From: Deltaproteobacteria bacterium
Lineage (GTDB): Bacteria; Desulfobacterota_D; UBA1144; Nemesobacterales; JAJCZQ01
NCBI GenBank assembly: GCA_029262335.1
Contig: JAJCZQ010000049.1
Span: 13,731-77,730, forward strand
Direction of reading: 5' to 3'
Length of the DNA stretch: 64,000 nt
In this document: positions 8,381-18,902 of the stretch, piece by piece
How positions within the stretch are numbered: the first letter of the stretch is position 1
Layout of the letters: each line of letters starts with the position of its first letter
The notes under the pieces: generated by a model
What the model was told of the DNA's origin: nothing
Databases searched by the model: none
Seen by the model: the letters and a program-made list of their open reading frames with translations, nothing else
Program-made: the position numbers and the translations under genes

Positions 8381-9142
8381 ATGAGTACTCCGTTAATAGT
8401 AGTTATAGCAATTGTCGGACTGATTATTTTTTCAGGTGTAAAGGTCCTTTATGAATATGAAAGAGGTGTAATATTCAGACTTGGACGGCTCTCAGGAACA
8501 AAGGGGCCGGGTTTTAAGTGGATTATACCAGGCATAGATAAGCTTGTTAAAATAAGCCTTAGAATAATAACAATGGATGTTCCTCCGCAGGATGTTATTA
8601 CAAAAGATAATGTTTCTGTTAAGGTGAATGCAGTTGTTTATTTTAAAGTAGTTGAACCTAAAAAGGCAGTTGTTGAGGTAGAAAACTATCTCTATGCCAC
8701 ATCGCAGCTTGCCCAGACGACTCTTAGAAGTGTTCTTGGCCAGGTTGAGCTTGATGACCTGCTGGCAGAAAGGGATAAGCTTAACATTAAACTACAGGAC
8801 GTACTTGATAAACAAACCGATGCCTGGGGAATTAAAGTTACACTTGTAGAAGTAAAATATGTAGACCTGCCGCAGGACATGCAAAAAGCCATGGCCCGTC
8901 AGGCAGAAGCAGAAAGAGAAAGAAGGGCAAAGGTTATTGCGGCAGAAGGTGAATACCAGGCTTCAACAAAGCTGTCAGAAGCTTCAGCTATTTTATCGGA
9001 AAACCCAATGGCACTTCAGCTAAGGTATCTGCAGACAATGATTGAAATGTCTTCTGATAAGAGCTCTACAATTGTATTGCCCTTACCAATTGACCTTTTA
9101 ACACCGTTTATAGATAAATATAAAAACAGCCTTAAATCATAA
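8381..9142 (+). CDS. SPFH/band-7 (stomatin-like) protein
   Basis: N-terminal TM helix followed by an SPFH domain pattern (RLGRL...KGPGF..IIP..D......D.....KDN..V.V.AVVYF.V.....A). Coiled-coil A/E/R-rich C-terminus. Confidence 0.85.
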   Translation: MSTPLIVVIAIVGLIIFSGVKVLYEYERGVIFRLGRLSGTKGPGFKWIIPGIDKLVKISLRIITMDVPPQDVITKDNVSVKVNAVVYFKVVEPKKAVVEVENYLYATSQLAQTTLRSVLGQVELDDLLAERDKLNIKLQDVLDKQTDAWGIKVTLVEVKYVDLPQDMQKAMARQAEAERERRAKVIAAEGEYQASTKLSEASAILSENPMALQLRYLQTMIEMSSDKSSTIVLPLPIDLLTPFIDKYKNSLKS

Positions 9143-9167
9143 TTTAAAACTTTGAAGTGAGATTAGA

Positions 9168-10814
9168 ATGCCGATAAAAAATTTCTACAAGATTCTTATA
9201 CTCTTTTTAGCTGTATTAGTTGTTTCATGTGGTGGAAGCAGTGATAGCAATAATAATGCTGCTAATAAAAATAGTGCTGAAGATTCAGGCCCTGTACCGG
9301 GTGGCTGGCTAATTTATCATCTGGGCGCTGAACCGGCAACGCTAAACCCTATTACAGCAACTGACGCATCAGAATCAACAATCAATGGGGGAAAGATTTA
9401 TGAGACCCTGATTGAACGAAATGATGAAACTCTTGAGCTTGAACCCCTGCTGTCTGAGTCGTGGGAGATATCGGATGACAAACTTAAATTCAAATTTAAA
9501 CTGAGAGAAAATGTTAAGTGGCATGATGGCGTGCCTTTTACTTCAGCTGATGTGGTATTTTCCTACAAATCTATTATGGATCCAAAGGTAGATGCCCCGC
9601 ACCTAAGGAGTTATTACCAGGAAATACTTGATGTAAAGGCAATAGGAGACTACGAAGTTGAGTTTACATATGCAAGGCCTTATTTCCTTGCGCTCGAATT
9701 TTGCGGCGGAATGCCGATTGTACCAAAGCACCTTTTTGATAAAGGTGATTTTAATAAGAACCCATACGGTAGAAAACCGGTTGGCACAGGCCCTTATAAA
9801 TTTGTTAAGTGGACCACAGGGTCAGAAGTTGTAATTGCAAAAAACGAAGATTACTGGGGCAAAAAGCCCGACCTTCAAAGTATTGTTTTTAAAATCATCT
9901 CTGATAATACAGTGGCCTTCCAGGTATTAAAGAGGGGAGACCTTGATTTATCCGGACTAACTCCCATCCAGTGGGAACGACAAAGCAATACAAAATTATT
10001 TAAAGAAAATTTTAATAAATATAAGTATTTCAGGCCCAATTACAGTTTTATCGGCTGGAATATTAAAAAACCGTTTTTTAGTGATAAAAGGGTAAGGACA
10101 GCCATGACCCACCTTTTAAACAGGCAGGAAATACTTGATAAAATTCTGCTTGGCCTTGGGGCTATTGTTACTAATCCCTTTTATATAAACAGCCCGGAAT
10201 ATGACAAATCAATAAAACCATATGCTTACGATCCAAATGCCGCAAAAGCCCTTCTTGATGAAGCAGGCTGGACGGACAGTAACGGTGACGGGATCAGGGA
10301 CAAGGACGGAGTAAAGTTTGAGTTTGAATTTCTCCTGCCAAGCGGGTCGGATACAAGTGAAAAGATCGCAACCGTTCTTAAAGAAGAACTGGACAGTGTT
10401 GGGATAACAATGAAGATCAGAAAGACAGAGTGGGCGGTATTTACAACCAGGCTGCAGGAAAGAAAATTTGATGCTGTCACACTTGCATGGAGTATGGGAG
10501 TGGAGTCTGACCCTTACCAGATCTGGAGTTCGACACAGTCTCTTACGGGTTCTAATTTTGTAGGTTTTGAAGACAGCAGGGCTGACAAACTGATTAACCT
10601 GGCCCGGCAGGAATTTGACCGGAATAAAAGGATTGAGCTTTACAATGAGTTTGCAAATATTGTACATGAAGAGCAGCCGTATACATTTTTATTCTGCAGC
10701 ATGTCGACTGTAGCGGTAAGCAACAGGTTTAGAAATGTAGAGGTTTACCTGCTGGGCCTTGACCCGCTAAGATGGTATGTCCCGGCAGAACTTCAAAAAT
10801 ACGGTAAAGAATAA
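9168..10814 (+). CDS. ABC transporter substrate-binding lipoprotein, peptide/nickel family (OppA/DppA-like)
   Basis: Lipobox VVSCGG. Family-5 SBP size (548 aa). First gene of a five-gene ABC operon. Confidence 0.8.
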   Translation: MPIKNFYKILILFLAVLVVSCGGSSDSNNNAANKNSAEDSGPVPGGWLIYHLGAEPATLNPITATDASESTINGGKIYETLIERNDETLELEPLLSESWEISDDKLKFKFKLRENVKWHDGVPFTSADVVFSYKSIMDPKVDAPHLRSYYQEILDVKAIGDYEVEFTYARPYFLALEFCGGMPIVPKHLFDKGDFNKNPYGRKPVGTGPYKFVKWTTGSEVVIAKNEDYWGKKPDLQSIVFKIISDNTVAFQVLKRGDLDLSGLTPIQWERQSNTKLFKENFNKYKYFRPNYSFIGWNIKKPFFSDKRVRTAMTHLLNRQEILDKILLGLGAIVTNPFYINSPEYDKSIKPYAYDPNAAKALLDEAGWTDSNGDGIRDKDGVKFEFEFLLPSGSDTSEKIATVLKEELDSVGITMKIRKTEWAVFTTRLQERKFDAVTLAWSMGVESDPYQIWSSTQSLTGSNFVGFEDSRADKLINLARQEFDRNKRIELYNEFANIVHEEQPYTFLFCSMSTVAVSNRFRNVEVYLLGLDPLRWYVPAELQKYGKE

Positions 10815-10856
10815 TTTTGTGCCCAAAGTTTTAAGCAAAATACAATTTACATATAG

Positions 10857-11855
10857 ATGAAAGACTATCTCATTAAAAGGTTTTTACTCCTGATTCCAAC
10901 TATGATTGGAATTTCGCTTATTACATTTTGCATTATTCAGCTTGCACCGGGAAACCCAATCCAGCAAAAGATAGGGTTTGAAGAGGGCATAAAAGCCGAA
11001 GCAATAACAAAGGATGTAATAGAACAGACAAAAAAACTCTACGGCCTTGATAAGCCTATTCACACGAGATACCTGATCTGGCTAAAGCAGATTGTCACAT
11101 TAAACTTTGGGGACTCCTACAAGGACCACCGTTCGGTCATAGATAAGATAAAAGAAAGACTTCCAATAACACTGACACTAAATATTCTTTCGATATTTTT
11201 CATTTATGCCATATCAATCCCCATTGGAGTATATTCAGCCGTAAGGCAAAAAACCTTTTCCGAGCGGATTTCAACTTTCTTTTTATTTATTCTCTATTCT
11301 ATTCCAAGTTTCTGGATGGCAATGATATTAATATTTTTTCTTGGTGGCGGAGAATTCTGGAACGTGTTCCCGGTATACGGGATTTTTTCCCAGGGAGCAG
11401 ACAACTACAGTTTCTGGGGCAAAGTTCTTGATTTTCTCTGGCATATAACGCTTCCTGTATTTTGCCTTACATACGCTGGCCTTGCTTCGCTCTCCAGGTT
11501 TCAGAAGGGAAGCCTGCTCGAAGTGCTCAAGGAAGACTATATAAGGACGGCCAGGGGCAAGGGGCTTGATGAGAAGACAATACTGTTTAAACACGCACTC
11601 AGAAATTCTTTAATACCTATTATTACGATACTTGGTGCAATCCTGCCTGCTCTTATTGGCGGCAGTGTCATTATAGAAACTATATTTTCTATTCCCGGTA
11701 TCGGCAGGCTGGGATTCGAAGCAATACTTTCGAGGGACTATCCCGTGATTATGGCTATTGCCACAATATCCGCATTTCTTACTCTGATAGGAATCTTAAT
11801 CTCCGACCTTACATATGTCTTTGTAGATCCGAGAATAAGTTTTGATAAAAACTGA
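10857..11855 (+). CDS. ABC transporter permease (OppB/DppB-like)
   Basis: Multi-TM. Binding-protein-dependent transport signature region (...LDYIRTARGKGL...). Confidence 0.85.
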   Translation: MKDYLIKRFLLLIPTMIGISLITFCIIQLAPGNPIQQKIGFEEGIKAEAITKDVIEQTKKLYGLDKPIHTRYLIWLKQIVTLNFGDSYKDHRSVIDKIKERLPITLTLNILSIFFIYAISIPIGVYSAVRQKTFSERISTFFLFILYSIPSFWMAMILIFFLGGGEFWNVFPVYGIFSQGADNYSFWGKVLDFLWHITLPVFCLTYAGLASLSRFQKGSLLEVLKEDYIRTARGKGLDEKTILFKHALRNSLIPIITILGAILPALIGGSVIIETIFSIPGIGRLGFEAILSRDYPVIMAIATISAFLTLIGILISDLTYVFVDPRISFDKN

Positions 11856-12852
11856 TATGGAAAACGAAAGCATAGGTTACTGGAAATCAGTCTGGATTGA
11901 ATTCGGAAAAGATAAGATGGCGTATATCTCGCTGTTTCTTATTTTACTGCTGGGTTTTATTGCAATATTTCAAAGTTATATTGCCGGTAACAAACCTATA
12001 GTTCTTGTGGAAAAAGGGGAAATATATTTCCCGGCTACATTTGATTATCCCCAGTTCACAGGAACAAACTTTAAGAGAGTTTATGAAAATAGTGAAAATG
12101 GTTTTGCTATATTTCCCCCGATTAAATTCAGCCCCACCGAGAACGACCTTAATGCAATCCTGGAGCCTCCTTCCACAACTCACCTGTTTGGGACCGATGA
12201 CCGGGGAAGAGATGTTCTAAGCAGGATGGTCTACGGCGCCAGGATATCGCTTTCAATTGGATTTCTTGCCGTAGGAATTTCTGCAATAATAGGGATATTC
12301 CTTGGGGCAATAGCAGGGTTTTACGGCGGGACAATAGACTTTGTTATATCAAGGCTGTTTGAAATTATGATGACATTCCCGGTGTTTTTCCTGATACTGA
12401 CAATTCTTGCTTTCAGTAACCCGAGTATATACAACATCATGATTGTAATTGGCCTTACAAGCTGGACCGGGATTGCCAGGCTTGTTCGCGGCGAGTTCTT
12501 AAAACTAAGGAACTTTACTTATGTAGATGGAGCGAGGGTACTTGGAGGAAGTGATTTTAGAATCATTTTCAGGCATATCCTTCCCAATTCACTTGCCCCT
12601 GTTCTTGTAAGTGCTACATTTGGAATAGCGGGGGCAATTCTTGTAGAATCGGGACTAAGTTTTCTGGGTTTTGGAGTGCCGCCGCCTGAACCAAGCTGGG
12701 GAGATACACTGTCTCAGTCACAGAAATATGTTGATTTTGCATGGTGGCTTGTATTATTCCCGGGACTGCTGATATTTCTTACGGTAACTTCACTTAACCT
12801 TGTTGGTGAAGGTTTCAGGAATGCGATTGATCCAAAGTTAAAGGGTACATAA
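11842..12852 (+). CDS. ABC transporter permease (OppC/DppC-like)
   Basis: Multi-TM permease. Overlaps the previous gene by 14 nt. Conserved motif around YVDGARVLGGSDFRIIFRHILPN. Confidence 0.85.
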   Translation: MIKTDMENESIGYWKSVWIEFGKDKMAYISLFLILLLGFIAIFQSYIAGNKPIVLVEKGEIYFPATFDYPQFTGTNFKRVYENSENGFAIFPPIKFSPTENDLNAILEPPSTTHLFGTDDRGRDVLSRMVYGARISLSIGFLAVGISAIIGIFLGAIAGFYGGTIDFVISRLFEIMMTFPVFFLILTILAFSNPSIYNIMIVIGLTSWTGIARLVRGEFLKLRNFTYVDGARVLGGSDFRIIFRHILPNSLAPVLVSATFGIAGAILVESGLSFLGFGVPPPEPSWGDTLSQSQKYVDFAWWLVLFPGLLIFLTVTSLNLVGEGFRNAIDPKLKGT

Positions 12853-12855
12853 CAA

Positions 12856-13836
12856 TTGGAAAATATATTAGAACTTAAAAATCTGACAATAAGCTTTGGA
12901 AACAAAAAAGAGCGCTACGAAGTCGTAAGCGATGTTTCTATAAATGTTCCAAAGGGAAAGATTGTATGCGTTGTAGGCGAAAGCGGATGCGGTAAAACAG
13001 TAACTGCTCTTTCCGTAATGGGTTTACTTCCTGTACCGCCCGGAAGCGTTGACGGTGGTGAAGTTATCTTTGACGGACAGAATCTTCTCGGTCTTTCTGA
13101 TAAAGAGTTAAGGGACTACAGAGGCAACAGGCTTTCAATGATTTTCCAGGAACCAATAAGTTCTTTAAACCCGGTTTTTACAATAGGCAACCAGATTGGA
13201 GAAGCGATAAGGGCCCACAGGTCAGTTTCAAATGAGGAAGAAAAGGAAAGGGTAATAGAACTTCTTGAACTTGTAGGAATACCTGCACCCGAAACGAGAC
13301 TTAACAGCTATCCCCATGAACTAAGCGGCGGAATGTGCCAAAGGGCAATGATTGCAATGGCCCTGTCATGTGACCCGGAACTGCTAATCGCGGACGAACC
13401 TACTACTGCATTAGATGTGACAATCCAGGCCGGAATTCTTGACCTGATACTGGAGCTAAGGGACAGGATAGGGATGGCAGTAATGCTTATAACCCATGAC
13501 CTTGGTATTGTTTCGGAAGTAGCTGACGAGGTATATGTGTTATACGCCGGAAAAGTTGTGGAAAAGGGGACCCGGGATGCAATATTTAACTCTCCATCAC
13601 ATCCTTATACAATAGGGCTTATAAATTCAGTCCCGTCATTAGTTGAAAAATCAGGCTCACTAAAATCAATTGCAGGTAATATTCCTTCTCCAAAAAACTT
13701 TCCAAAAGCATGCAGGTTTCAGGACAGGTGTGAATTTGTATTTGATAAATGCCGACAGGAAGAGCCTTTACTTGAAAAACTGAAGGAAGAACATTTTGCT
13801 GCCTGCTATAAATCCGGAGAACTATTTAACAGCTGA
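12856..13836 (+). CDS. ABC transporter ATP-binding protein (OppD/DppD-like)
   Basis: Walker A GESGCGKT, signature LSGGMCQR, Walker B LLIADEPTTALD. C-terminal oligopeptide-ABC extension with Cys residues. Confidence 0.9.
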   Translation: MENILELKNLTISFGNKKERYEVVSDVSINVPKGKIVCVVGESGCGKTVTALSVMGLLPVPPGSVDGGEVIFDGQNLLGLSDKELRDYRGNRLSMIFQEPISSLNPVFTIGNQIGEAIRAHRSVSNEEEKERVIELLELVGIPAPETRLNSYPHELSGGMCQRAMIAMALSCDPELLIADEPTTALDVTIQAGILDLILELRDRIGMAVMLITHDLGIVSEVADEVYVLYAGKVVEKGTRDAIFNSPSHPYTIGLINSVPSLVEKSGSLKSIAGNIPSPKNFPKACRFQDRCEFVFDKCRQEEPLLEKLKEEHFAACYKSGELFNS

Positions 13837-13837
13837 T

Positions 13838-14797
13838 ATGAATATTTTAGAGATAAAAGATCTGAAAAAGTATTTTCCCATAAAAAGCGGCGTATTCTCA
13901 AGAACCGTTAATAATGTAAAAGCCGTAGACGGTGTGGACCTGAATATTGAAAAGGGGACTACCCTTGGACTTGTTGGCGAAAGCGGCTGCGGAAAATCAA
14001 CTCTTGGCAAAACCATAATTAAACTCCTCAATCCTACTGAGGGGCAGATTGTATTCGATGGTAATGATATTACAGGATTCAATACAGCAGAGGTAAGGCC
14101 TCTAAGAAAGGACATGCAGATGATATTCCAGAACCCCTATGGTTCTTTAAATCCCAGAATGAACGTCGAAAGCCTTGTAACCGAGGGAATGGAAATACAT
14201 AATATTCATAGCAAACCTGAAAGAAAAGAGATTGCGGTTGATCTGCTTGAGAAAGTAGGCCTTGCAAAGTATACGCTAAACAAATACCCCCATGAATTCA
14301 GCGGGGGCCAGAGGCAAAGAATCGCAATAGCAAGGGCCCTTGCCGTAAAACCATCATTCATTGTTTGTGATGAGCCGGTTTCAGCGCTTGATGTATCTGT
14401 GCAGGCGCAGATAGTTAACCTTCTGCAGTCACTTCAGGACGAATTCGATTTAACATATCTGTTTATTTCGCATGATCTCAGGGTAGTAAAGCATATCAGT
14501 GATATGGTCGCGGTTATGTATCTTGGCAAAATAGTCGAAATAGCAACTAGTGAAGAGATATACGAAAACCCTATGCATCCCTATACTAAAATACTTATTT
14601 CAGCTATCCCTGATATTAAGAAATCCCGGGAAAACAGGAAGATTGTTATCTCCGGTGATGTTCCAAACCCAATAGATCCTCCAAGCGGATGCAGTTTTCA
14701 CCCGAGATGCCCGATAGCTGAAGATAAATGCAAAATATCCACACCCGAATTAGCCGATAAAGGGGGCAATCAGATGGTTGCCTGCCATTTAGCCTGA
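13838..14797 (+). CDS. ABC transporter ATP-binding protein (OppF/DppF-like)
   Basis: Walker A GESGCGKST, signature FSGGQRQR, Walker B FIVCDEPVSALD. Start moved to the ATG at 13838 (MNILEIKDL...) just after the upstream stop, rather than the track start 13796 that overlaps oppD by 41 nt. Confidence 0.85.
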   Translation: MNILEIKDLKKYFPIKSGVFSRTVNNVKAVDGVDLNIEKGTTLGLVGESGCGKSTLGKTIIKLLNPTEGQIVFDGNDITGFNTAEVRPLRKDMQMIFQNPYGSLNPRMNVESLVTEGMEIHNIHSKPERKEIAVDLLEKVGLAKYTLNKYPHEFSGGQRQRIAIARALAVKPSFIVCDEPVSALDVSVQAQIVNLLQSLQDEFDLTYLFISHDLRVVKHISDMVAVMYLGKIVEIATSEEIYENPMHPYTKILISAIPDIKKSRENRKIVISGDVPNPIDPPSGCSFHPRCPIAEDKCKISTPELADKGGNQMVACHLA

Positions 14798-14865
14798 AGC
14801 CCTTGCTTTTAACTTAACATATATTATATTAAGTCAGCTAAAATTGTTGTATCGGATAATTAACA

Positions 14866-15387
14866 ATGTTATTTAATGTTGACGATATAACTGGGGACGG
14901 GTTAAGAATTAAGACCCGCAGACAATCAGACTGGGTTACAAACATACCGGAACTGGTTGATGAACTCAGTGATCTTGGTCTTTCAAAAGATATAGATATT
15001 GATTTGAATGTAACCAGGATAATCAAAGAAGTCAGTGTAAACGGACTCATTAATTTTGGTTTAAAGGCAAAATGTTCGAGATGCCTGTCAGAAGTAGAGT
15101 TGGATTTAAAATCTGATGTAAATCTTATACTTACGCCAAAGGATGAACTCCTTTCGGAGAGTGGTGATGGGGATTTGGATCAGGATTTTTATGAAGGAGA
15201 TACAGTAGATATATCGGGATACTTAAGGGAATTAATTGCAATAAGTATTCCATTTAATATTATCTGTAGTGAGCAATGTAAGGGACTTTGTTCCAATTGC
15301 GGAAAAAACTTAAACAATGCTGACTGTAACTGTGAAAAAAAACAAAAAAAATCTGCATTTGCAGTATTAAAAGATATTAAGTTATGA
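14866..15387 (+). CDS. yceD: YceD/DUF177 family protein (23S rRNA accumulation protein)
   Basis: C-terminal Cys-rich motif CSRCL...CKGLCSNCGKNLN..CNC. Conserved position immediately upstream of rpmF. Confidence 0.75.
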   Translation: MLFNVDDITGDGLRIKTRRQSDWVTNIPELVDELSDLGLSKDIDIDLNVTRIIKEVSVNGLINFGLKAKCSRCLSEVELDLKSDVNLILTPKDELLSESGDGDLDQDFYEGDTVDISGYLRELIAISIPFNIICSEQCKGLCSNCGKNLNNADCNCEKKQKKSAFAVLKDIKL

Positions 15388-15410
15388 TTATCTAATCCGG
15401 GAGATTAAAA

Positions 15411-15614
15411 ATGGCACTTCCTAAAAGAAAAACATCAAGTTCAAAATCAAGAAAAAGAAGGACCCACTACAAGGCGGTCATGCCAGGACTTTCTTTATGC
15501 CCTAACTGCGGAGAACATAAACCCCCGCACAGAGCCTGTCAAAGCTGTGGATTCTATAAGGGCAGAACACACATTAAAGAAGTAGAGATAGACGAAGTAA
15601 CAGAGGAAGAGTAA
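15411..15614 (+). CDS. rpmF: 50S ribosomal protein L32
   Basis: MALPKRKTSSSKSRKRRTHYK and C-x2-C...C-x2-C zinc ribbon. 67 aa. Confidence 0.9.
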   Translation: MALPKRKTSSSKSRKRRTHYKAVMPGLSLCPNCGEHKPPHRACQSCGFYKGRTHIKEVEIDEVTEEE

Positions 15615-15628
15615 GTTCACTTATAATA

Positions 15629-16561
15629 ATGATTGCTTTCGTATTTCCAGGCCAGGGATCACAGACAATTGGTATGGGTTCAGATTTTTATAATGAATTT
15701 CCGGTTGCCAGACAGACTTTTGAAGAAGCCAGTGATACTCTAAAATTCGATTTAGCCAAATTATGCTTTGAAGGTGACTTCGAAGAGTTAAGCCTTACTG
15801 CTAATGCACAGCCGGCATTGTTAACTGCCTGTGTTGCATCTCTAAGGGTACTTCAGCAGGAAACGGACCTAACTCCGGATTTTGTTGCCGGACACAGCCT
15901 CGGCGAGTATTCCGCTATTGTAAGTTCGGGAGCCATAGATTTTAAAGATGCAGTATATACAGTAAGAAAGAGGGGAGAATTTATGCAAAGTGCAGTACCA
16001 GTTGGCATAGGTTCCATGGCCGCTGTCATAGGGCTCTCCAAAGAACAGATTGAGCAGATATGTAAAGAAAATTCTGATGAGAATAATGTAGTTAGCCCTG
16101 CAAATTTTAATTCTCCTCAGCAGATTGTTATATCAGGGCATAAAACAGCAGTTGAAAAAGTTTCTGATTTATTAAAGGAAGCAGGAGCAAAAAGGGTTGT
16201 TCCTTTGGTAGTAAGTGCTCCCTTTCACTGCAGCCTTATGAATAAAGCGGCAGAAGAACTTAAAGAAGTTGTGGATGGTTTAAGCATCTCGGAGATAAAA
16301 GTCCCGGTTGTTACTAATGTACATGCAGAGGCGAACAGTGATCATACTGCAATAAGTGATCTGTTGTACCGCCAGGTCGTAATGCCGGTAAGATGGTATG
16401 AATCTGTTGAATACATGGCGAATCATAATATAAAAAGGTTTATCGAAATAGGCCCCGGTAATGTATTGACCGGCCTTATAAGAAGAACCGTAAAAGATGT
16501 TGAATTAATAAATCTTGAAAATTTAGATCATTTAAATCATATTAATAAAAATGAAAATTGA
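15629..16561 (+). CDS. fabD: Malonyl-CoA:ACP transacylase
   Basis: FVFPGQGSQ and GHSLGEYSA active-site motifs. 310 aa. Confidence 0.9.
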   Translation: MIAFVFPGQGSQTIGMGSDFYNEFPVARQTFEEASDTLKFDLAKLCFEGDFEELSLTANAQPALLTACVASLRVLQQETDLTPDFVAGHSLGEYSAIVSSGAIDFKDAVYTVRKRGEFMQSAVPVGIGSMAAVIGLSKEQIEQICKENSDENNVVSPANFNSPQQIVISGHKTAVEKVSDLLKEAGAKRVVPLVVSAPFHCSLMNKAAEELKEVVDGLSISEIKVPVVTNVHAEANSDHTAISDLLYRQVVMPVRWYESVEYMANHNIKRFIEIGPGNVLTGLIRRTVKDVELINLENLDHLNHINKNEN

Positions 16562-17300
16562 CCTTAATGATAAAATTGCACTCGTTACAGGAGCTTCGCG
16601 TGGAATCGGAAAGCAGGTTGCCAAAGACCTGGCTTCCTATGGAGCAACGGTTATTGCCAACTATCCTCATCCCAAAGATTCTGCAGAACAGACAGTTGAG
16701 GAAATAACAAAAGCGGGCGGCAAAGCAGCAATGATTGAATTTGATGTTTCCAACTATGATGCTGTCCAGGAAAGTGTAGGTTCGGTAATTGATGAATACG
16801 GGACCATAGATATTCTCATTAATAATGCCGGCATTACAAAGGACGGGCTTTTTCTCAGGATGAAAGAAGAAGACTGGGACAAGGTTTTTGCAGTAAATCT
16901 CAAAGGTGTATTTAATTGTACAAAAGCTGTTATAAGGACTATGTCCAAACAAAAATCAGGACGTATTGTAAACATTGCATCAGTTGTTGGTGAAATGGGC
17001 AATGCCGGCCAGCTCAACTATTCTTCTACTAAAGCAGGTGTGATTGGTTTTACAAAATCTGCTGCTAAAGAGTTTGGTTCGAGGGGTATTACCGTAAATG
17101 CAATAAGCCCGGGGTTTATCCAGACTGATATTACTCAGGACATCCCGGATGAATATAAAGAAAAATATATGGAAGCCATACCTTTAGGCAGGTTTGGTGA
17201 TACAACAGATATTTCTAATGTAATATCTTTTCTAGTATCAGAAAATGCGTCGTATATAACCGGAGAAATTGTAAGGGTTAACGGCGGAATGTATATGTAA
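16551..17300 (+). CDS. fabG: 3-oxoacyl-ACP reductase
   Basis: SDR family. TGASRGIG cofactor motif, NNAG, YSSTK catalytic motif. 249 aa. Confidence 0.9.
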   Translation: MKIDLNDKIALVTGASRGIGKQVAKDLASYGATVIANYPHPKDSAEQTVEEITKAGGKAAMIEFDVSNYDAVQESVGSVIDEYGTIDILINNAGITKDGLFLRMKEEDWDKVFAVNLKGVFNCTKAVIRTMSKQKSGRIVNIASVVGEMGNAGQLNYSSTKAGVIGFTKSAAKEFGSRGITVNAISPGFIQTDITQDIPDEYKEKYMEAIPLGRFGDTTDISNVISFLVSENASYITGEIVRVNGGMYM

Positions 17301-17331
17301 AAATAATCATTAATGTAAAGGAGGACAGAAC

Positions 17332-17574
17332 ATGTCAGAACAAGAAATTTTGGAGAAAGTTAAGGAAATGGTAGCAAGTCAGCTTGGTAAATCTGAGGGT
17401 GAGATTACTCTTGAAGCATCATTTATCGAAGACCTTGGTGCTGATTCACTTGACCTTGTAGAATTAATTATGTCTATGGAAGATGAGTATGGGCTTGAAA
17501 TTTCAGATGAAGATGCTGAAACAATTGTAACAGTTAAAGATGCTGTAAGATTTATCACGGAGAACAAAAAATAA
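17332..17574 (+). CDS. acpP: Acyl carrier protein
   Basis: 80 aa. DLGADSLD phosphopantetheine attachment motif. Confidence 0.9.
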   Translation: MSEQEILEKVKEMVASQLGKSEGEITLEASFIEDLGADSLDLVELIMSMEDEYGLEISDEDAETIVTVKDAVRFITENKK

Positions 17575-18806
17575 TGAGCCGCCGAGTAGTAATTACCGGA
17601 ATTGGACTGGTTACCCCGCTGGCAATCGGTACAGAACAAAGCTGGACCGCTATATGTGAAGGAAAAAACGGGGTTTCTAATATTACCAGGTTTGACCCTT
17701 CAAATCTGAAAACTCAGATTGCAGGCGAAATCAGGGGGTTTGACCCACTGGAATATATGCCTGCCAAAGAGGCCAAAAGAAACGACGACTTTATTCACTA
17801 TGCCGTTGCTTCAACTAAAATGGCTCTTGATGATGCAGAGCTGGTAATAAGTGATGAACTATCCCCAAGGGCCGGCTGTGTAATTGCATCCGGAATTGGC
17901 GGTATGGCAAGTTACTACCAAACGGTACTACTTTTGGAAGATAAGGGGCCATCAAGGATGACTCCTTTTTTTATTCCAAACATTGTTACAAATATGGCAG
18001 CGGGCTATGCATCTATTATGTTTAATGCAAAAGGTCCAAACTGCTGTACAACAACGGCCTGTGCTGCAAGCGGCCATGCACTGGGTCTGTCACAGATGAT
18101 TATTCAAAGAGGTGATGCTGATGTTATGATCACCGGCGGTACAGAAGCTCCGCTTATAGAACTTACTGTATCCGGCTTTAATGCCATGAGGGCACTCTCC
18201 ACCAGAAATGATGACCCAAAAACAGCTTCCAGGCCTTTTGATAAGGGGCGAGACGGATTTATTATCTCGGAAGGTGCGGGGATGCTTATTCTAGAAGAAC
18301 TTGAACATGCAAAGAAACGCGGAGCCAGAATTTACGCAGAACTTATCGGATCCGGTATGAGCGGGGACGGCAGCCATATTACTGCTCCGGCCCTGGACGG
18401 TCCTGTAAGATGCATGCAGGCAGCTCTTTCAGATGCTAAAATTAATCCGGATGAAGTTGATTATATAAACGCGCACGGTACATCTACCCAACTTAATGAC
18501 GTAAATGAAACAAATGCAATAAAAGAAGTTTTTGGTGATAATGCTTATAAAATTCCAGTAAGTTCCACTAAGTCCATGACGGGGCATATGCTGGGTGCTG
18601 CTGGTGCAGTTGAAGCATCTATTGCGGCATTGTCAATTTATAATGGAGTAATTCCTCCTACAATCAATCATTTTGAGCCTGACCCGGAATGTGATCTTGA
18701 TTATGTTCCCAATGAACTCAGAGAGAAAAAAATAGATACTGTATTAAGTAATACCTATGGATTTGGCGGTACAAACTCTAGTGTTGTAATTAGGAAATAC
18801 CAGTAA
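17574..18806 (+). CDS. fabF: 3-oxoacyl-ACP synthase II
   Basis: 410 aa. KAS active-site region (ACAASGHA), HGTST and GHMLGAAG motifs. Confidence 0.9.
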   Translation: MSRRVVITGIGLVTPLAIGTEQSWTAICEGKNGVSNITRFDPSNLKTQIAGEIRGFDPLEYMPAKEAKRNDDFIHYAVASTKMALDDAELVISDELSPRAGCVIASGIGGMASYYQTVLLLEDKGPSRMTPFFIPNIVTNMAAGYASIMFNAKGPNCCTTTACAASGHALGLSQMIIQRGDADVMITGGTEAPLIELTVSGFNAMRALSTRNDDPKTASRPFDKGRDGFIISEGAGMLILEELEHAKKRGARIYAELIGSGMSGDGSHITAPALDGPVRCMQAALSDAKINPDEVDYINAHGTSTQLNDVNETNAIKEVFGDNAYKIPVSSTKSMTGHMLGAAGAVEASIAALSIYNGVIPPTINHFEPDPECDLDYVPNELREKKIDTVLSNTYGFGGTNSSVVIRKYQ

Positions 18807-18902
18807 TATAAATATTTCCAAGCATTAAATCCTGCCGGGTTTTAATTTTATTATTTTACGGTAAAATAAAAAGCTTTTTAAATTATTAATAAGGGGATAG
18901 TT

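Noticed and set aside
10209-10667. 152-aa and 84-aa minus-strand ORFs within the substrate-binding-protein gene
   Set aside because: Antisense to a confidently assigned ABC SBP gene, with no supporting signals.
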